IMG/VR virus record: IMGVR_UViG_3300021478_000035
Location: 1-54,715 of that record
Reading direction: 5' to 3' (one strand)
DNA length: 54,715 nucleotides
Source of the DNA: a virus
Taxonomy: Duplodnaviria > Caudoviricetes
Part shown: positions 44,634-51,632 of the stretch, in pieces
Layout: every line of letters begins with the position of its first letter
How positions within the stretch are numbered: the first letter of the stretch is position 1
Notes under the pieces: generated by a model
The model's input: the letters and a program-made list of their open reading frames with translations, nothing else
Databases searched by the model: none
What the model was told of the DNA's origin: nothing
Program-made: the position numbers and the translations under genes

Positions 44634-44662
44634 ATTTTGACATATTGGGTGGGTCATGTCAA
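44634..44662 (-). promoter_or_regulatory. Sigma70-type promoter reading into the PEP-CTERM gene
   Basis: Minus strand TTGACA (44662-44657), 17 nt spacer, extended TGnCAAAAT (-10 at 44639-44634); operator-like TACATTA-N8-TAATGTA at 44671-44692. Confidence 0.65.
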
Positions 44663-44721
44663 GGGGTCCATACATTAACTTTTGGTAATGTACCGTTTGA
44701 CATGTAAAACTGGACAAGGCG

Positions 44722-44976
44722 TTAACTTTGTCCTTGTTCAGTTTGTGGCCCACCATTGGGTGGGCCATGAGAACAGGCCAGCTCATGCTGCTTGTGTGGA
44801 GGGCATATGATAGTGTATTCATGTATGTGACCCTCTGGGTCACATGCATAGACGTTAAAATAGATGCTGTTGAAGATTTGCTCGATGCGCCACATTACTC
44901 CGGCTCTGCAGATGTACATGTGCGCGGACCCACGATCAAGCAGAGCTTGATCGGGGTCCAATGACTGCTCACTCAT
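44722..44976 (-). CDS. Hypothetical protein
   Basis: AAGGAGG RBS; overlaps the upstream stop. Confidence 0.55.
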   Translation of the reverse strand: MSEQSLDPDQALLDRGSAHMYICRAGVMWRIEQIFNSIYFNVYACDPEGHIHEYTIICPPHKQHELACSHGPPNGGPQTEQGQS

Positions 44977-45160
44977 CGGCCGCCTCCTTGTTTGCTTTCA
45001 TGTCGCGCTTGACTTTGCTGATGGCGTCGGCGAGGACGCCGAGTGCGTTGCCCATTACGAATGCAGTGTCTTCCTGCGTGTCGTTTTCGAGGTGGCCGCG
45101 GATGGGGGCCATTGTTTCGAAGGCGGTTTCGAGCCGCCATAGAATTTCGGGGAGTCTCAT
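44969..45160 (-). CDS. Hypothetical protein
   Basis: GAAAGGA RBS before MRLPEIL. Confidence 0.55.
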   Translation of the reverse strand: MRLPEILWRLETAFETMAPIRGHLENDTQEDTAFVMGNALGVLADAISKVKRDMKANKEAADE

Positions 45161-45188
45161 GCGTGTCCTTTCTGCTCGGCCTGACTCT

Positions 45189-45626
45189 TTAGGCATGGAG
45201 TTTGTCCTCCTGGAGTTTGGCCGAGCTTTGCTCGGCCAAACTCCATAACCCATCGCCGTGTTTGGTGACCATGCCATGGGTGAGTAGCTCTTGGAGGCGG
45301 GAGCTGACCGAGCTGGGGGAGTAGCCACCTTCTTTTAGGGAGGGACGCATCTCGATGGCGCGGTGCGGGCCTTTTGCTAGGAGGCTGAGGATGATTTTGT
45401 TTATTCCCTTATCTGGATTGAAGGGGATGGTGGGTACCGTTCTCTTATAGGCTTTTCTCTTTCTGAAGCTTACTTTATCTGGTTTATGCGCAAGCTGTTT
45501 AGCAACTGCATCAAGCTCTGCTTGATGCAGTTGCTCTTCGACGTGGAGGTCTTCGAGAGGAAGGGCTTTGGCGAGGATCTGGAAGAGGGTTTTGGAGTCG
45601 ATGGTGAAGGCGACTTTCAGTTTCAT
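45189..45626 (-). CDS. Protein with C-terminal winged-HTH-like domain
   Basis: ILSLLAKGP...SSVSSRLQELL..G.V.K..G.W.L. Confidence 0.6.
   Translation of the reverse strand: MKLKVAFTIDSKTLFQILAKALPLEDLHVEEQLHQAELDAVAKQLAHKPDKVSFRKRKAYKRTVPTIPFNPDKGINKIILSLLAKGPHRAIEMRPSLKEGGYSPSSVSSRLQELLTHGMVTKHGDGLWSLAEQSSAKLQEDKLHA
45211..45245. repeat. Hairpin, AAA loop on minus strand
   Basis: TGGAGTTTGGCCGAGC-TTT-GCTCGGCCAAACTCCA. Confidence 0.9.
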
Positions 45627-45961
45627 TTGTGGGCTCCTTTTCTGTAGCGGGCCATTTGGACGATATGTCGAACCTCGCGTGCTTGTACGCGAGGTGAGAC
45701 AGTTGATGCGACTGTTTCGGCCTCGGCCAGGAGGCGAATGGTTAGTTTGTAGCCGAGGGCTCGGAGTACAGCGTTAAAGGTGGCCGCCTGGGGTTTGCGT
45801 GTTGCGCCGTCTAGCCAGTTGCGGATGGTGTTTTCGGTGACGCCGCTTGCTTCTGCGATGGCCTTGTAGGTGTCGTGGCTGTCTAGGATGATTGTTCGTA
45901 CCTGGTCGATCATCGGGTCTTTGTCTACGAAGGAGTAGGATTTGTATGTGAAGCCAGCCAT
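45623..45961 (-). CDS. XRE-family HTH regulator
   Basis: YKAIAEASGVTENTIRNWLDG.T.KP...T.NAVLRALG. Confidence 0.8.
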   Translation of the reverse strand: MAGFTYKSYSFVDKDPMIDQVRTIILDSHDTYKAIAEASGVTENTIRNWLDGATRKPQAATFNAVLRALGYKLTIRLLAEAETVASTVSPRVQAREVRHIVQMARYRKGAHK

Positions 45962-45987
45962 TTAATTTGCTCCCTGATTTGTTGTTT

Positions 45988-46026
45988 CCTGCTTAGGACG
46001 GATGCTTGTCATCCGTCCTAAGCAGG
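45988..46026. repeat. Hairpin, CTTGT loop, over stop
   Basis: CCTGCTTAGGACGGATG-CTTGT-CATCCGTCCTAAGCAGG. Confidence 0.9.
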
Positions 46027-46496
46027 TTGTCGAAGCGGCCTTTGTGTGTGTCTGGTGGACGCTCCAATTTGATTTCGCGGGGGATTAGGGCTATGCAGAC
46101 CGGGCCGTTCCGTTTGATCTCCCAGCTGCTGGAGAGGTAGGTGGCGCCGTCAGTGGCAAAAGAGATGACGACTTCTATGCGGTCGGCTGAGTTGGATGGA
46201 GTGGTGGAGATGCCTGGTTTGTATTGGTCCCGGTTTCTGATGATTGCCCACCCTTCAGACAAGTATAGGTAATGGGTGATTTTGTGTTCGATGATCTTTT
46301 TGCGGACGAGGAAGGCGGTGAAATCTTTGTTTCTGTTTACTTCTTCGTCGGTTTCGCCGATGAAGGGAGTGACCACGATGGTGGAGTTGTTTTCTGCGTC
46401 GCGGAGGTCGAACATTGGAGGTAGTTCGCGAGAGCTGCCTATGAGGGCGTTGTGGACGAATAGGTTGATTGAGTCGAGCATGCTGTGTAGTCTCAT
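45993..46496 (-). CDS. Hypothetical protein
   Basis: GGAG RBS; Y.Y.SEGW...DR.EVV. Confidence 0.65.
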   Translation of the reverse strand: MRLHSMLDSINLFVHNALIGSSRELPPMFDLRDAENNSTIVVTPFIGETDEEVNRNKDFTAFLVRKKIIEHKITHYLYLSEGWAIIRNRDQYKPGISTTPSNSADRIEVVISFATDGATYLSSSWEIKRNGPVCIALIPREIKLERPPDTHKGRFDNLLRTDDKHPS

Positions 46497-46515
46497 ATTA
46501 GATTCTCCAAACTTT

Positions 46516-46869
46516 TCATATTAGATCTTCAATGTTAATGGGGACTCGGAGCTGCACTCGCTCTGAAGCTTGTCCAATCTTCGATTGGACAAGCTTCATG
46601 TGCTCATGGGGCCAATCGTTGAGGCCGAAGAGCTGCATAAAGGTGCCTTCTGGGTCCACTTCCCAGAAATGTAATATTTTGTGCAGCTCTGTTTTTGGGA
46701 TGTCTTTCTCCAGCCAGATGCCGCGGCTGCCGTGGCATATAGTTAGATGGATGAGAGACTGGTCTGTCTCGTGGGGCTCCAGCTGGAGAGGAGGGAGCGC
46801 GATGCAGGAGTTGAGCCAGCAGGGACGCCAGTTGCCTAGGCGGGTGCGCGTTGGGTCGTGAAAGTTCAT
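46516..46869 (-). CDS. Hypothetical protein ending IEDLI
   Basis: ATGA overlap. Confidence 0.55.
   Translation of the reverse strand: MNFHDPTRTRLGNWRPCWLNSCIALPPLQLEPHETDQSLIHLTICHGSRGIWLEKDIPKTELHKILHFWEVDPEGTFMQLFGLNDWPHEHMKLVQSKIGQASERVQLRVPINIEDLI
46564..46598. repeat. Intragenic hairpin, GAA loop on minus strand
   Basis: TGAAGCTTGTCCAATC-TTC-GATTGGACAAGCTTCA. Confidence 0.9.
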
Positions 46870-47111
46870 GCTCTTTCATCCTTACATTCTGATATTTCAT
46901 TCTTGCTTTGCAAGGATGAAATATCAGGGTCGAGCTGGTCTGCTATCATGCGAAGCATTTTGGGTAGTGCTAGACTTACTTCGAGAGTGGCTTGAATGGA
47001 GAAGCCTTCGCCTCTGTCGCCACCGATGACTATGACGATGACGCCGGAGGCGTGGGTGGAGTTCATTACGTGGGTGGCTTCTGCGTCATACTTGCCTGGG
47101 CCGATGGTCAT
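46866..47111 (-). CDS. Hypothetical protein
   Basis: GGAG RBS; GPGKYD...VIVIGG.RG.GFS. Confidence 0.7.
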   Translation of the reverse strand: MTIGPGKYDAEATHVMNSTHASGVIVIVIGGDRGEGFSIQATLEVSLALPKMLRMIADQLDPDISSLQSKNEISECKDERA

Positions 47112-47141
47112 TGGTTTCTCTCCATTGATTGAATATTCCTT

Positions 47142-47209
47142 TATGAGTTTGCGAGCTTGCCTCGCAAACTCATACTAGTGTTTTGGAGACTCGTCCTCCG
47201 GACGAGTCT
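47142..47209. repeat. Two hairpins (CTTGC and TCC loops)
   Basis: TATGAGTTTGCGAG-CTTGC-CTCGCAAACTCATA; AGACTCGTCC-TCC-GGACGAGTCT. Confidence 0.9.
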
Positions 47210-47426
47210 TCTTGCCCCACATGACCAAATAGTTGCAGCCTTGGGCCTCGATGTTGGTTATATGGCCGCACTCTTCGCATTTGCCGCGAGTGAAGAATTT
47301 GTTGGCTTCTGCCATGGTTTGCCGGGAACCGCATGCCAAGCAGGTGAATTTCTGGTGAATGGTTGCGCCCGACTCGATCAGAGGTGCGGCGCGCTCAATG
47401 CATTCCATGATGGGATGATCAGCCAT
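47175..47426 (-). CDS. Zinc-finger protein
   Basis: QKFTCLACGSRQ...CEECG. Confidence 0.7.
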   Translation of the reverse strand: MADHPIMECIERAAPLIESGATIHQKFTCLACGSRQTMAEANKFFTRGKCEECGHITNIEAQGCNYLVMWGKKTRPEDESPKH

Positions 47427-47781
47427 TCTCTTTACTTTCTGGAGTTGAGGGTTCTTTTAAATCTGCAGGCTGGCGGGCCTGCAAGGCCCGCCAGATCTGC
47501 AGGGCGTTGGAGTCAGATGTAGTTATAAAGAAGTCGTAGGGGTTGTCACGGAACTTTTCCCACTCGGCATCAGTGAGAAAATACACTTCGTGGAAGTCGA
47601 GGGCGCGGAGGATGCGCAGGGCGTTGTGGAATGCGCGAAATGGAGTTGGGTGAGGCATGGGTTTGGTCTCCTGTTTTGCAAGCGTGGGGACTTGCTCCCC
47701 ACGCTTGCAACGCTTGCCAAAGTAGAACTCGTAGGAGGAGTGGAGGCTCTTGGCCATTGTGCCTATTTCGTATCCGTTCAC
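47419..47781 (-). CDS. Hypothetical protein (alternative start 47658, MPHPT)
   Basis: FHNALRIL...W.KFRDNPY; CAGGAG RBS before the alternative start. Confidence 0.55.
   Translation of the reverse strand: MNGYEIGTMAKSLHSSYEFYFGKRCKRGEQVPTLAKQETKPMPHPTPFRAFHNALRILRALDFHEVYFLTDAEWEKFRDNPYDFFITTSDSNALQIWRALQARQPADLKEPSTPESKENG
47676..47710. repeat. Hairpin, CTTGC loop
   Basis: TTGCAAGCGTGGGGA-CTTGC-TCCCCACGCTTGCAA. Confidence 0.9.
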
Positions 47782-48020
47782 GCTGACTCCTCATCTGGTA
47801 ATGCTGGGGGATCAAGCATTAGCTGGCAGGCGAGAAAGATGTTGTGCAGGTGGTCTGCCGAGTGAGCGCTACAGGGGAAGATGGATATTTTGTCAGGCTG
47901 TTGAGCGCCGCGAGAGTAGATGCGGAGCTTGAGCCGGGAGAAAACGGGGTCGGAGGCGTCGGGCTCGAAGTCTATTTCGATGCGCTCGATCTGGTGATAG
48001 GTGAGGGTGGAGATGGCCAT
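47778..48020 (-). CDS. Hypothetical protein
   Basis: AAGGA RBS; coupled to its neighbours. Confidence 0.55.
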   Translation of the reverse strand: MAISTLTYHQIERIEIDFEPDASDPVFSRLKLRIYSRGAQQPDKISIFPCSAHSADHLHNIFLACQLMLDPPALPDEESA

Positions 48021-48021
48021 T

Positions 48022-48363
48022 TTACTTTCCTTTCAGCTCACTGGTTGTCAGCTCTTTTTGGATGAGGAGCTTCAGCTCCTCATCCAGCTCGTCATGGTGG
48101 AGGGATAGGGCTATGTTATGCTGGACAAACTCTTTAATTTGGTCTGTTGTACGCTTGTCGGACTCTGTTGGGCCGGGCTCGACTATGGTTTCTGGCTTTA
48201 TCTCCACGTACCAGTTGCTGGGCTCGGAATGTGCAGTCGGTCGTAGATCGACTGCACATGACTGAGCCCAGGGGTAATTCCATGTGGAGTAGTGGTGACA
48301 GGTGGCCTGAGCTGGGTTGGCGCAAAGCGCCAATCCCAATCCAGCGAAGATGGTTGTTTTCAT
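48022..48363 (-). CDS. Secreted small protein
   Basis: Signal peptide with AQA cleavage, CHHYSTWNYPWAQSC; GGAG RBS. Confidence 0.65.
   Translation of the reverse strand: MKTTIFAGLGLALCANPAQATCHHYSTWNYPWAQSCAVDLRPTAHSEPSNWYVEIKPETIVEPGPTESDKRTTDQIKEFVQHNIALSLHHDELDEELKLLIQKELTTSELKGK
48229..48259. repeat. Intragenic hairpin, GTA loop
   Basis: ATGTGCAGTCGGTC-GTA-GATCGACTGCACAT. Confidence 0.9.
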
Positions 48364-48387
48364 TGGTTTAGATCTCCAGTGTTTTTA

Positions 48388-48424
48388 CTGCTTTTGATTT
48401 GAGCGAAGCGAAAATCAAAAGCAG
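48388..48424. repeat. Hairpin with GAGCGAAGCGA cap, over stop
   Basis: CTGCTTTTGATTT-GAGCGAAGCGA-AAATCAAAAGCAG. Confidence 0.9.
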
Positions 48425-48624
48425 GTATCGCAGGTGCAGTGTGGGCGGGAGCCGGATTCGCAGCGGGGGGAGGGGTCATGGGATGGTCCCTGTTGGCCAT
48501 CCCTGTCGCAGGAGAGACATTCGCCGAAGGGGAGGCGGCGTCTGCGTAGGATGGGAGTTAGGATTGTGGAGCCGAGGACTAGGGGTTTTGGTTCTTTTTT
48601 GAAGCGTCTGCGCTGGTAGGTCAT
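48415..48624 (-). CDS. Small Cys/His-rich protein
   Basis: C..C...PSH...CESG...HCTCDTCF. Confidence 0.65.
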   Translation of the reverse strand: MTYQRRRFKKEPKPLVLGSTILTPILRRRRLPFGECLSCDRDGQQGPSHDPSPRCESGSRPHCTCDTCF

Positions 48625-48814
48625 TTTTCTTCTTCCTTCATTAGTTCGCGGATCATTAGCTCGCATTCCATTATTTTGAGGACTGCGAGCGTGCTTTCAA
48701 GTGAGTTGACTTGGTTGGCTTTATTGATCGCCTTATACTGGTCGATTGCCTCCCGTAAGATGTCGAGGCGTAGAGTGGTTTGGGAGGCTGATAGGGTCAT
48801 TTTTCTTCTTCCTT
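48619..48814. repeat. 20-bp direct repeat GGTCATTTTTCTTCTTCCTT
   Basis: Copies at 48619-48638 and 48795-48814. Confidence 0.9.
48621..48800 (-). CDS. Hypothetical protein flanked by 20-bp direct repeats
   Basis: AAGGAAGAAGAAAAATG start region duplicated. Confidence 0.55.
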   Translation of the reverse strand: MTLSASQTTLRLDILREAIDQYKAINKANQVNSLESTLAVLKIMECELMIRELMKEEEK

Positions 48815-48830
48815 GCTCTAGTTTCTGCAT

Positions 48831-48872
48831 TTAAGAGGTTGTGGTGAGCTTTAGCTCACCACAACCTCTTAA
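48831..48872. repeat. Hairpin, 20-bp arms, over stop
   Basis: TTAAGAGGTTGTGGTGAGCT-TT-AGCTCACCACAACCTCTTAA. Confidence 0.9.
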
Positions 48873-49140
48873 GTGCTTCGAAGGCGGCGTTGACTTGCTG
48901 GGCATCTTCGGTAGTGCCGCCGGAGTCGGGGTGGTGGGTTTTCATGAGGGTGCGGTAGCCAGCCTTGATTAGCTTTTCTTTCCATGTGCCGGTTGCTAGC
49001 TCGGCTAGTTCACGGCGTTCTAACTCGGCCTCGATCTCGGCGACTTGGGATTTGGTTGTGCGGATATACCATTCAAGGTAGTCGCCTGGGACTTCTGAGA
49101 GTGGGATGTCTTTGTGCCTCCCGAATGGAAATGTTTTCAT
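48856..49140 (-). CDS. DUF3820-like (PFGKH) domain fused to a short J-domain-like HPD segment
   Basis: FPFGRHKDIPLSEVPGDYLEW; AGYRTLMKTHHPDSGG...QVNAAFEAL. Confidence 0.7.
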   Translation of the reverse strand: MKTFPFGRHKDIPLSEVPGDYLEWYIRTTKSQVAEIEAELERRELAELATGTWKEKLIKAGYRTLMKTHHPDSGGTTEDAQQVNAAFEALKRLW

Positions 49141-49173
49141 TCTTCTTTTGCCCTTTTCTTCTGAGTTCGCGGA

Positions 49174-49201
49174 ATGGAGTGGGCCGTTAGGCCCACTCCA
49201 T
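49174..49201. repeat. Hairpin, GTTA loop
   Basis: ATGGAGTGGGCC-GTTA-GGCCCACTCCAT. Confidence 0.9.
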
Positions 49202-49205
49202 GACG

Positions 49206-49448
49206 CTAACTCAGAGACATGAGTGGATATTTGGTGCGGTTTTCTAGTATTTTTGCTGCCTCGGCTAGAAAGAGGTCTTTGTACTTCGTGAATACGAGGT
49301 CGGCTAGATCCTCTTGTGATAGCTCACGGCCTGCGAATGAGATGGATGCGCCGGGTTCGTCGGTTGGCCAATAGTTTCTTGGTTGTAGCTGTTTGCGAGC
49401 TTCGTCGAGTGCTAGGATTAGGGCGAGGTCTTCGATTATGTGTGCCAT
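49206..49448 (-). CDS. Hypothetical protein
   Basis: AGGAG RBS. Confidence 0.6.
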   Translation of the reverse strand: MAHIIEDLALILALDEARKQLQPRNYWPTDEPGASISFAGRELSQEDLADLVFTKYKDLFLAEAAKILENRTKYPLMSLS

Positions 49449-49464
49449 TTTACTCTCCTGTTTA

Positions 49465-49517
49465 TTAGTCTAGCGGAAGGCAGTGGGTCGTAGACCCACT
49501 GCCTGACGCTAGACTAA
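49465..49517. repeat. Long hairpin with internal GA/GA and GTA loop
   Basis: TTAGTCTAGCG-GA-AGGCAGTGGGTC-GTA-GACCCACTGCCT-GA-CGCTAGACTAA. Confidence 0.9.
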
Positions 49518-49744
49518 ACCTTTGCATCATTCAATTTGCTGATTAGGGAGTCGCAGCCGTCGAGGGATTCTTCGAGGGCAGAGGCGGCTGCGTCGATGGC
49601 GATGCCTTTGGGGGACTCTTGAGCTTTCTCGTCCATTTCTTCGAAAGTGTCGCGCTCTTCCTGCGCGACACTTTCGAGGATGGATTTGGCCTCCTCGATG
49701 TGGGAGATGGCTTGCTCTATTTCGCGGCGGCGTGCATCATTCAC
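49514..49744 (-). CDS. Acidic coiled-coil phage protein
   Basis: GTG after AGGAG; N..RR..I...EE..F..M.E..Q.S..G. Confidence 0.65.
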   Translation of the reverse strand: MNDARRREIEQAISHIEEAKSILESVAQEERDTFEEMDEKAQESPKGIAIDAAASALEESLDGCDSLISKLNDAKV

Positions 49745-49754
49745 TTGTCTTCTC

Positions 49755-50081
49755 CTACTTTCTGGTCCAAAAGTCACCATATTTACCGTGTTTTAGGCTA
49801 TATCTTTCATAAGCCTCCTCCCATTGTCGTTTTTCTTTATCCAGAAGTTTCTGGATTTGTGGGTCTAAATGAGCTGCTTTTTCTACTTTGAGCTCAAGGC
49901 CTAAAAGACTGTCTAAATCTTTAGGGTAGCGTGATATTTCCTCTAAATGGGTTAGATATGGGCTACCCTTGACTATATCTGAAACTTCTTGAATTTCGTT
50001 TCTTACTCTATCAGAGTAAATCTTCAGTTTTAGATAGCCGATGATTAGCTCTACGTGACTTTCATTGTATTCCGTTTCCAT
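49755..50081 (-). CDS. Hypothetical protein (AT-richer)
   Basis: GAGGAGG RBS. Confidence 0.6.
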   Translation of the reverse strand: METEYNESHVELIIGYLKLKIYSDRVRNEIQEVSDIVKGSPYLTHLEEISRYPKDLDSLLGLELKVEKAAHLDPQIQKLLDKEKRQWEEAYERYSLKHGKYGDFWTRK

Positions 50082-50441
50082 TTATTTTTCCTCCTCATGT
50101 TTTCCTAAGATCGAAGACAGTTGGTCTAACGACCAACTGTCTTCTATCTTAGGAATTGTGGGTGGTGCGGCCTCGGCAAGGCGGCGCTTGGCGAGGTTGC
50201 GGCGCTGGTCGTTGTGGGCGCGGGTGAGGCGTATGTTTTCGGACTCGCGGGCGAGGGTGATTGGGCCGGTTGGGTTTCGGAGGAGGTCGAGGGGAGTGAT
50301 GGATGAGAGGATTTGGAGGCGGAAGTTCTCTGGATCTTGTTCAAGCTGCAGTTTGATGCGGCGCATTAGCTCGGTGAGGGCCTGCTCGTAATCGAGGGCG
50401 ACATCTTTTAAGTCTATGAGGCGCTGTTGAGTGATACCCAT
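50082..50441 (-). CDS. Hypothetical protein
   Basis: AAGGAG RBS before MGITQQ. Confidence 0.55.
   Translation of the reverse strand: MGITQQRLIDLKDVALDYEQALTELMRRIKLQLEQDPENFRLQILSSITPLDLLRNPTGPITLARESENIRLTRAHNDQRRNLAKRRLAEAAPPTIPKIEDSWSLDQLSSILGKHEEEK
50102..50155. repeat. Long intragenic hairpin, GTTA loop on minus strand
   Basis: TTCCTAAGATCGAAGACAGTTGGTC-TAAC-GACCAACTGTCTTCTATCTTAGGAA. Confidence 0.9.
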
Positions 50442-50452
50442 GAGAGAGCTCC

Positions 50453-50689
50453 TTATTTGTGGGCGAAGATAAGACAGCTGAGAGAGGTGAGGGCGATGGT
50501 GGAGTAGAGGAGGATGGCATTGCGGCGCTGGCGGGCTGGTGTGGTGGGGTGGGCTTGGCGATAACTCCAGAAGAAAGCTCCGAGGGCTTCGATCGAGCTG
50601 ATGTAGGCCTGGAGGAGGATGTAGAGAATGGCGGCAACTAGCCATAAGCCGTGGCCTATTAGATAGCCGATGAGGAATGCGCCGGGCAT
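50453..50689 (-). CDS. Small membrane protein
   Basis: Hydrophobic segments; abuts the previous gene. Confidence 0.55.
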   Translation of the reverse strand: MPGAFLIGYLIGHGLWLVAAILYILLQAYISSIEALGAFFWSYRQAHPTTPARQRRNAILLYSTIALTSLSCLIFAHK

Positions 50690-51124
50690 CTAGTAGTTCC
50701 GTTTTAGGAGGGGGCTGCGACGGAGTTGGTCGCGGGTGATGGAGGGCAGGTTGTGGAGCTGGAATGGTTTCCACTCTGCCTCCTCAAGGAGATGGCCGGG
50801 GATGTAGGTTTGTTTACGGAGGCAAGCGAGGAAGAAGCGGTGGTGCCCGTCTACTAGCATACAGTTGGGCGCTCCGTTGGTGATGGTGCCATCTTTGGCC
50901 ATTATGATGGGGGATAGGTCTTTGCGCTTTGAGAGTTCGCGGACTCGGTCGAGGGTTATGACGTTCTCGGGGATGAAGGTGGCTGCTAGCTCGTATTTGA
51001 GGGGGATGTTGAAGACTTCGGGACTGGTGCGCAAGCACCAGTCCCGAAGGGCTTCGACATCCATGTGGATGTTTTCGCCGTCGTCGGCGACGAAGGTGAA
51101 GATTGGTTTGAAGGGATTAATCAT
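50690..51124 (-). CDS. ParB/Srx-like domain protein
   Basis: PIIM...LVDGHHR; AAGGAG RBS. Confidence 0.7.
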   Translation of the reverse strand: MINPFKPIFTFVADDGENIHMDVEALRDWCLRTSPEVFNIPLKYELAATFIPENVITLDRVRELSKRKDLSPIIMAKDGTITNGAPNCMLVDGHHRFFLACLRKQTYIPGHLLEEAEWKPFQLHNLPSITRDQLRRSPLLKRNY

Positions 51125-51404
51125 CGGTGGGCTCCTTTGAGAAGAGATCAAGCTTCGCTTGATCTCTTCTCCCCATTAGGTTGTCGAGGCCGAATGTGAT
51201 GCCGCGGCGATGTCTCCATTCGAGGGCGATGGAGTCGCCTCCGTCTGTGATGATGACGCGGGATGTGAGGCCCATGCGGGAGGCCACGTTGGTAGTGTAG
51301 TGGTGGAAGGCTTTGATGGCTTCTTCGGCTGAGACGAAGGAGCGGACCTTTTCGTAGGAGCCGTTTTGGAAGAATTGGGTGACGCTGAACTCGTTGGGGG
51401 ACAT
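51117..51404 (-). CDS. Hypothetical protein
   Basis: EFSV.QFF.NG.YE.VR..V.AEEA...RVIITDGGD. Confidence 0.7.
   Translation of the reverse strand: MSPNEFSVTQFFQNGSYEKVRSFVSAEEAIKAFHHYTTNVASRMGLTSRVIITDGGDSIALEWRHRRGITFGLDNLMGRRDQAKLDLFSKEPTDD
51139..51171. repeat. Hairpin, GCGAAGC on minus strand
   Basis: GAGAAGAGATCAAGC-TTC-GCTTGATCTCTTCTC. Confidence 0.9.
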
Positions 51405-51416
51405 TAGTTGGGTTCC

Positions 51417-51632
51417 TTAGCTTGCAAGCTGCTTTTCGATTGTTATGGTTATTTCGTCTAACTCGTCAGTGTAGGTGCCTGAAGCAACCATTGTGCCGAG
51501 TGTGAAGGCGGTTAGGAGTTGGGTTTCTGGCTCCATTAGGGAAGCGAATTTAAGGCAGGCTTCACAAATGCCTGGAGACCAGTCGGAAGTGTATTCTTGG
51601 CCGCCTATGTTGGCTTTGATGCGGAAGCTCAT
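51417..51632 (-). CDS. Hypothetical protein
   Basis: GGAGGAG RBS; TAATG coupling. Confidence 0.6.
   Translation of the reverse strand: MSFRIKANIGGQEYTSDWSPGICEACLKFASLMEPETQLLTAFTLGTMVASGTYTDELDEITITIEKQLAS

Noticed and set aside
13927-50774. Longest-ORF starts at 13927, 16343, 16968, 17238, 25495, 40173, 40699, 45328 and 50774
   Set aside because: Downstream starts with clear RBS or stop-start overlaps fit better, so coordinates were trimmed
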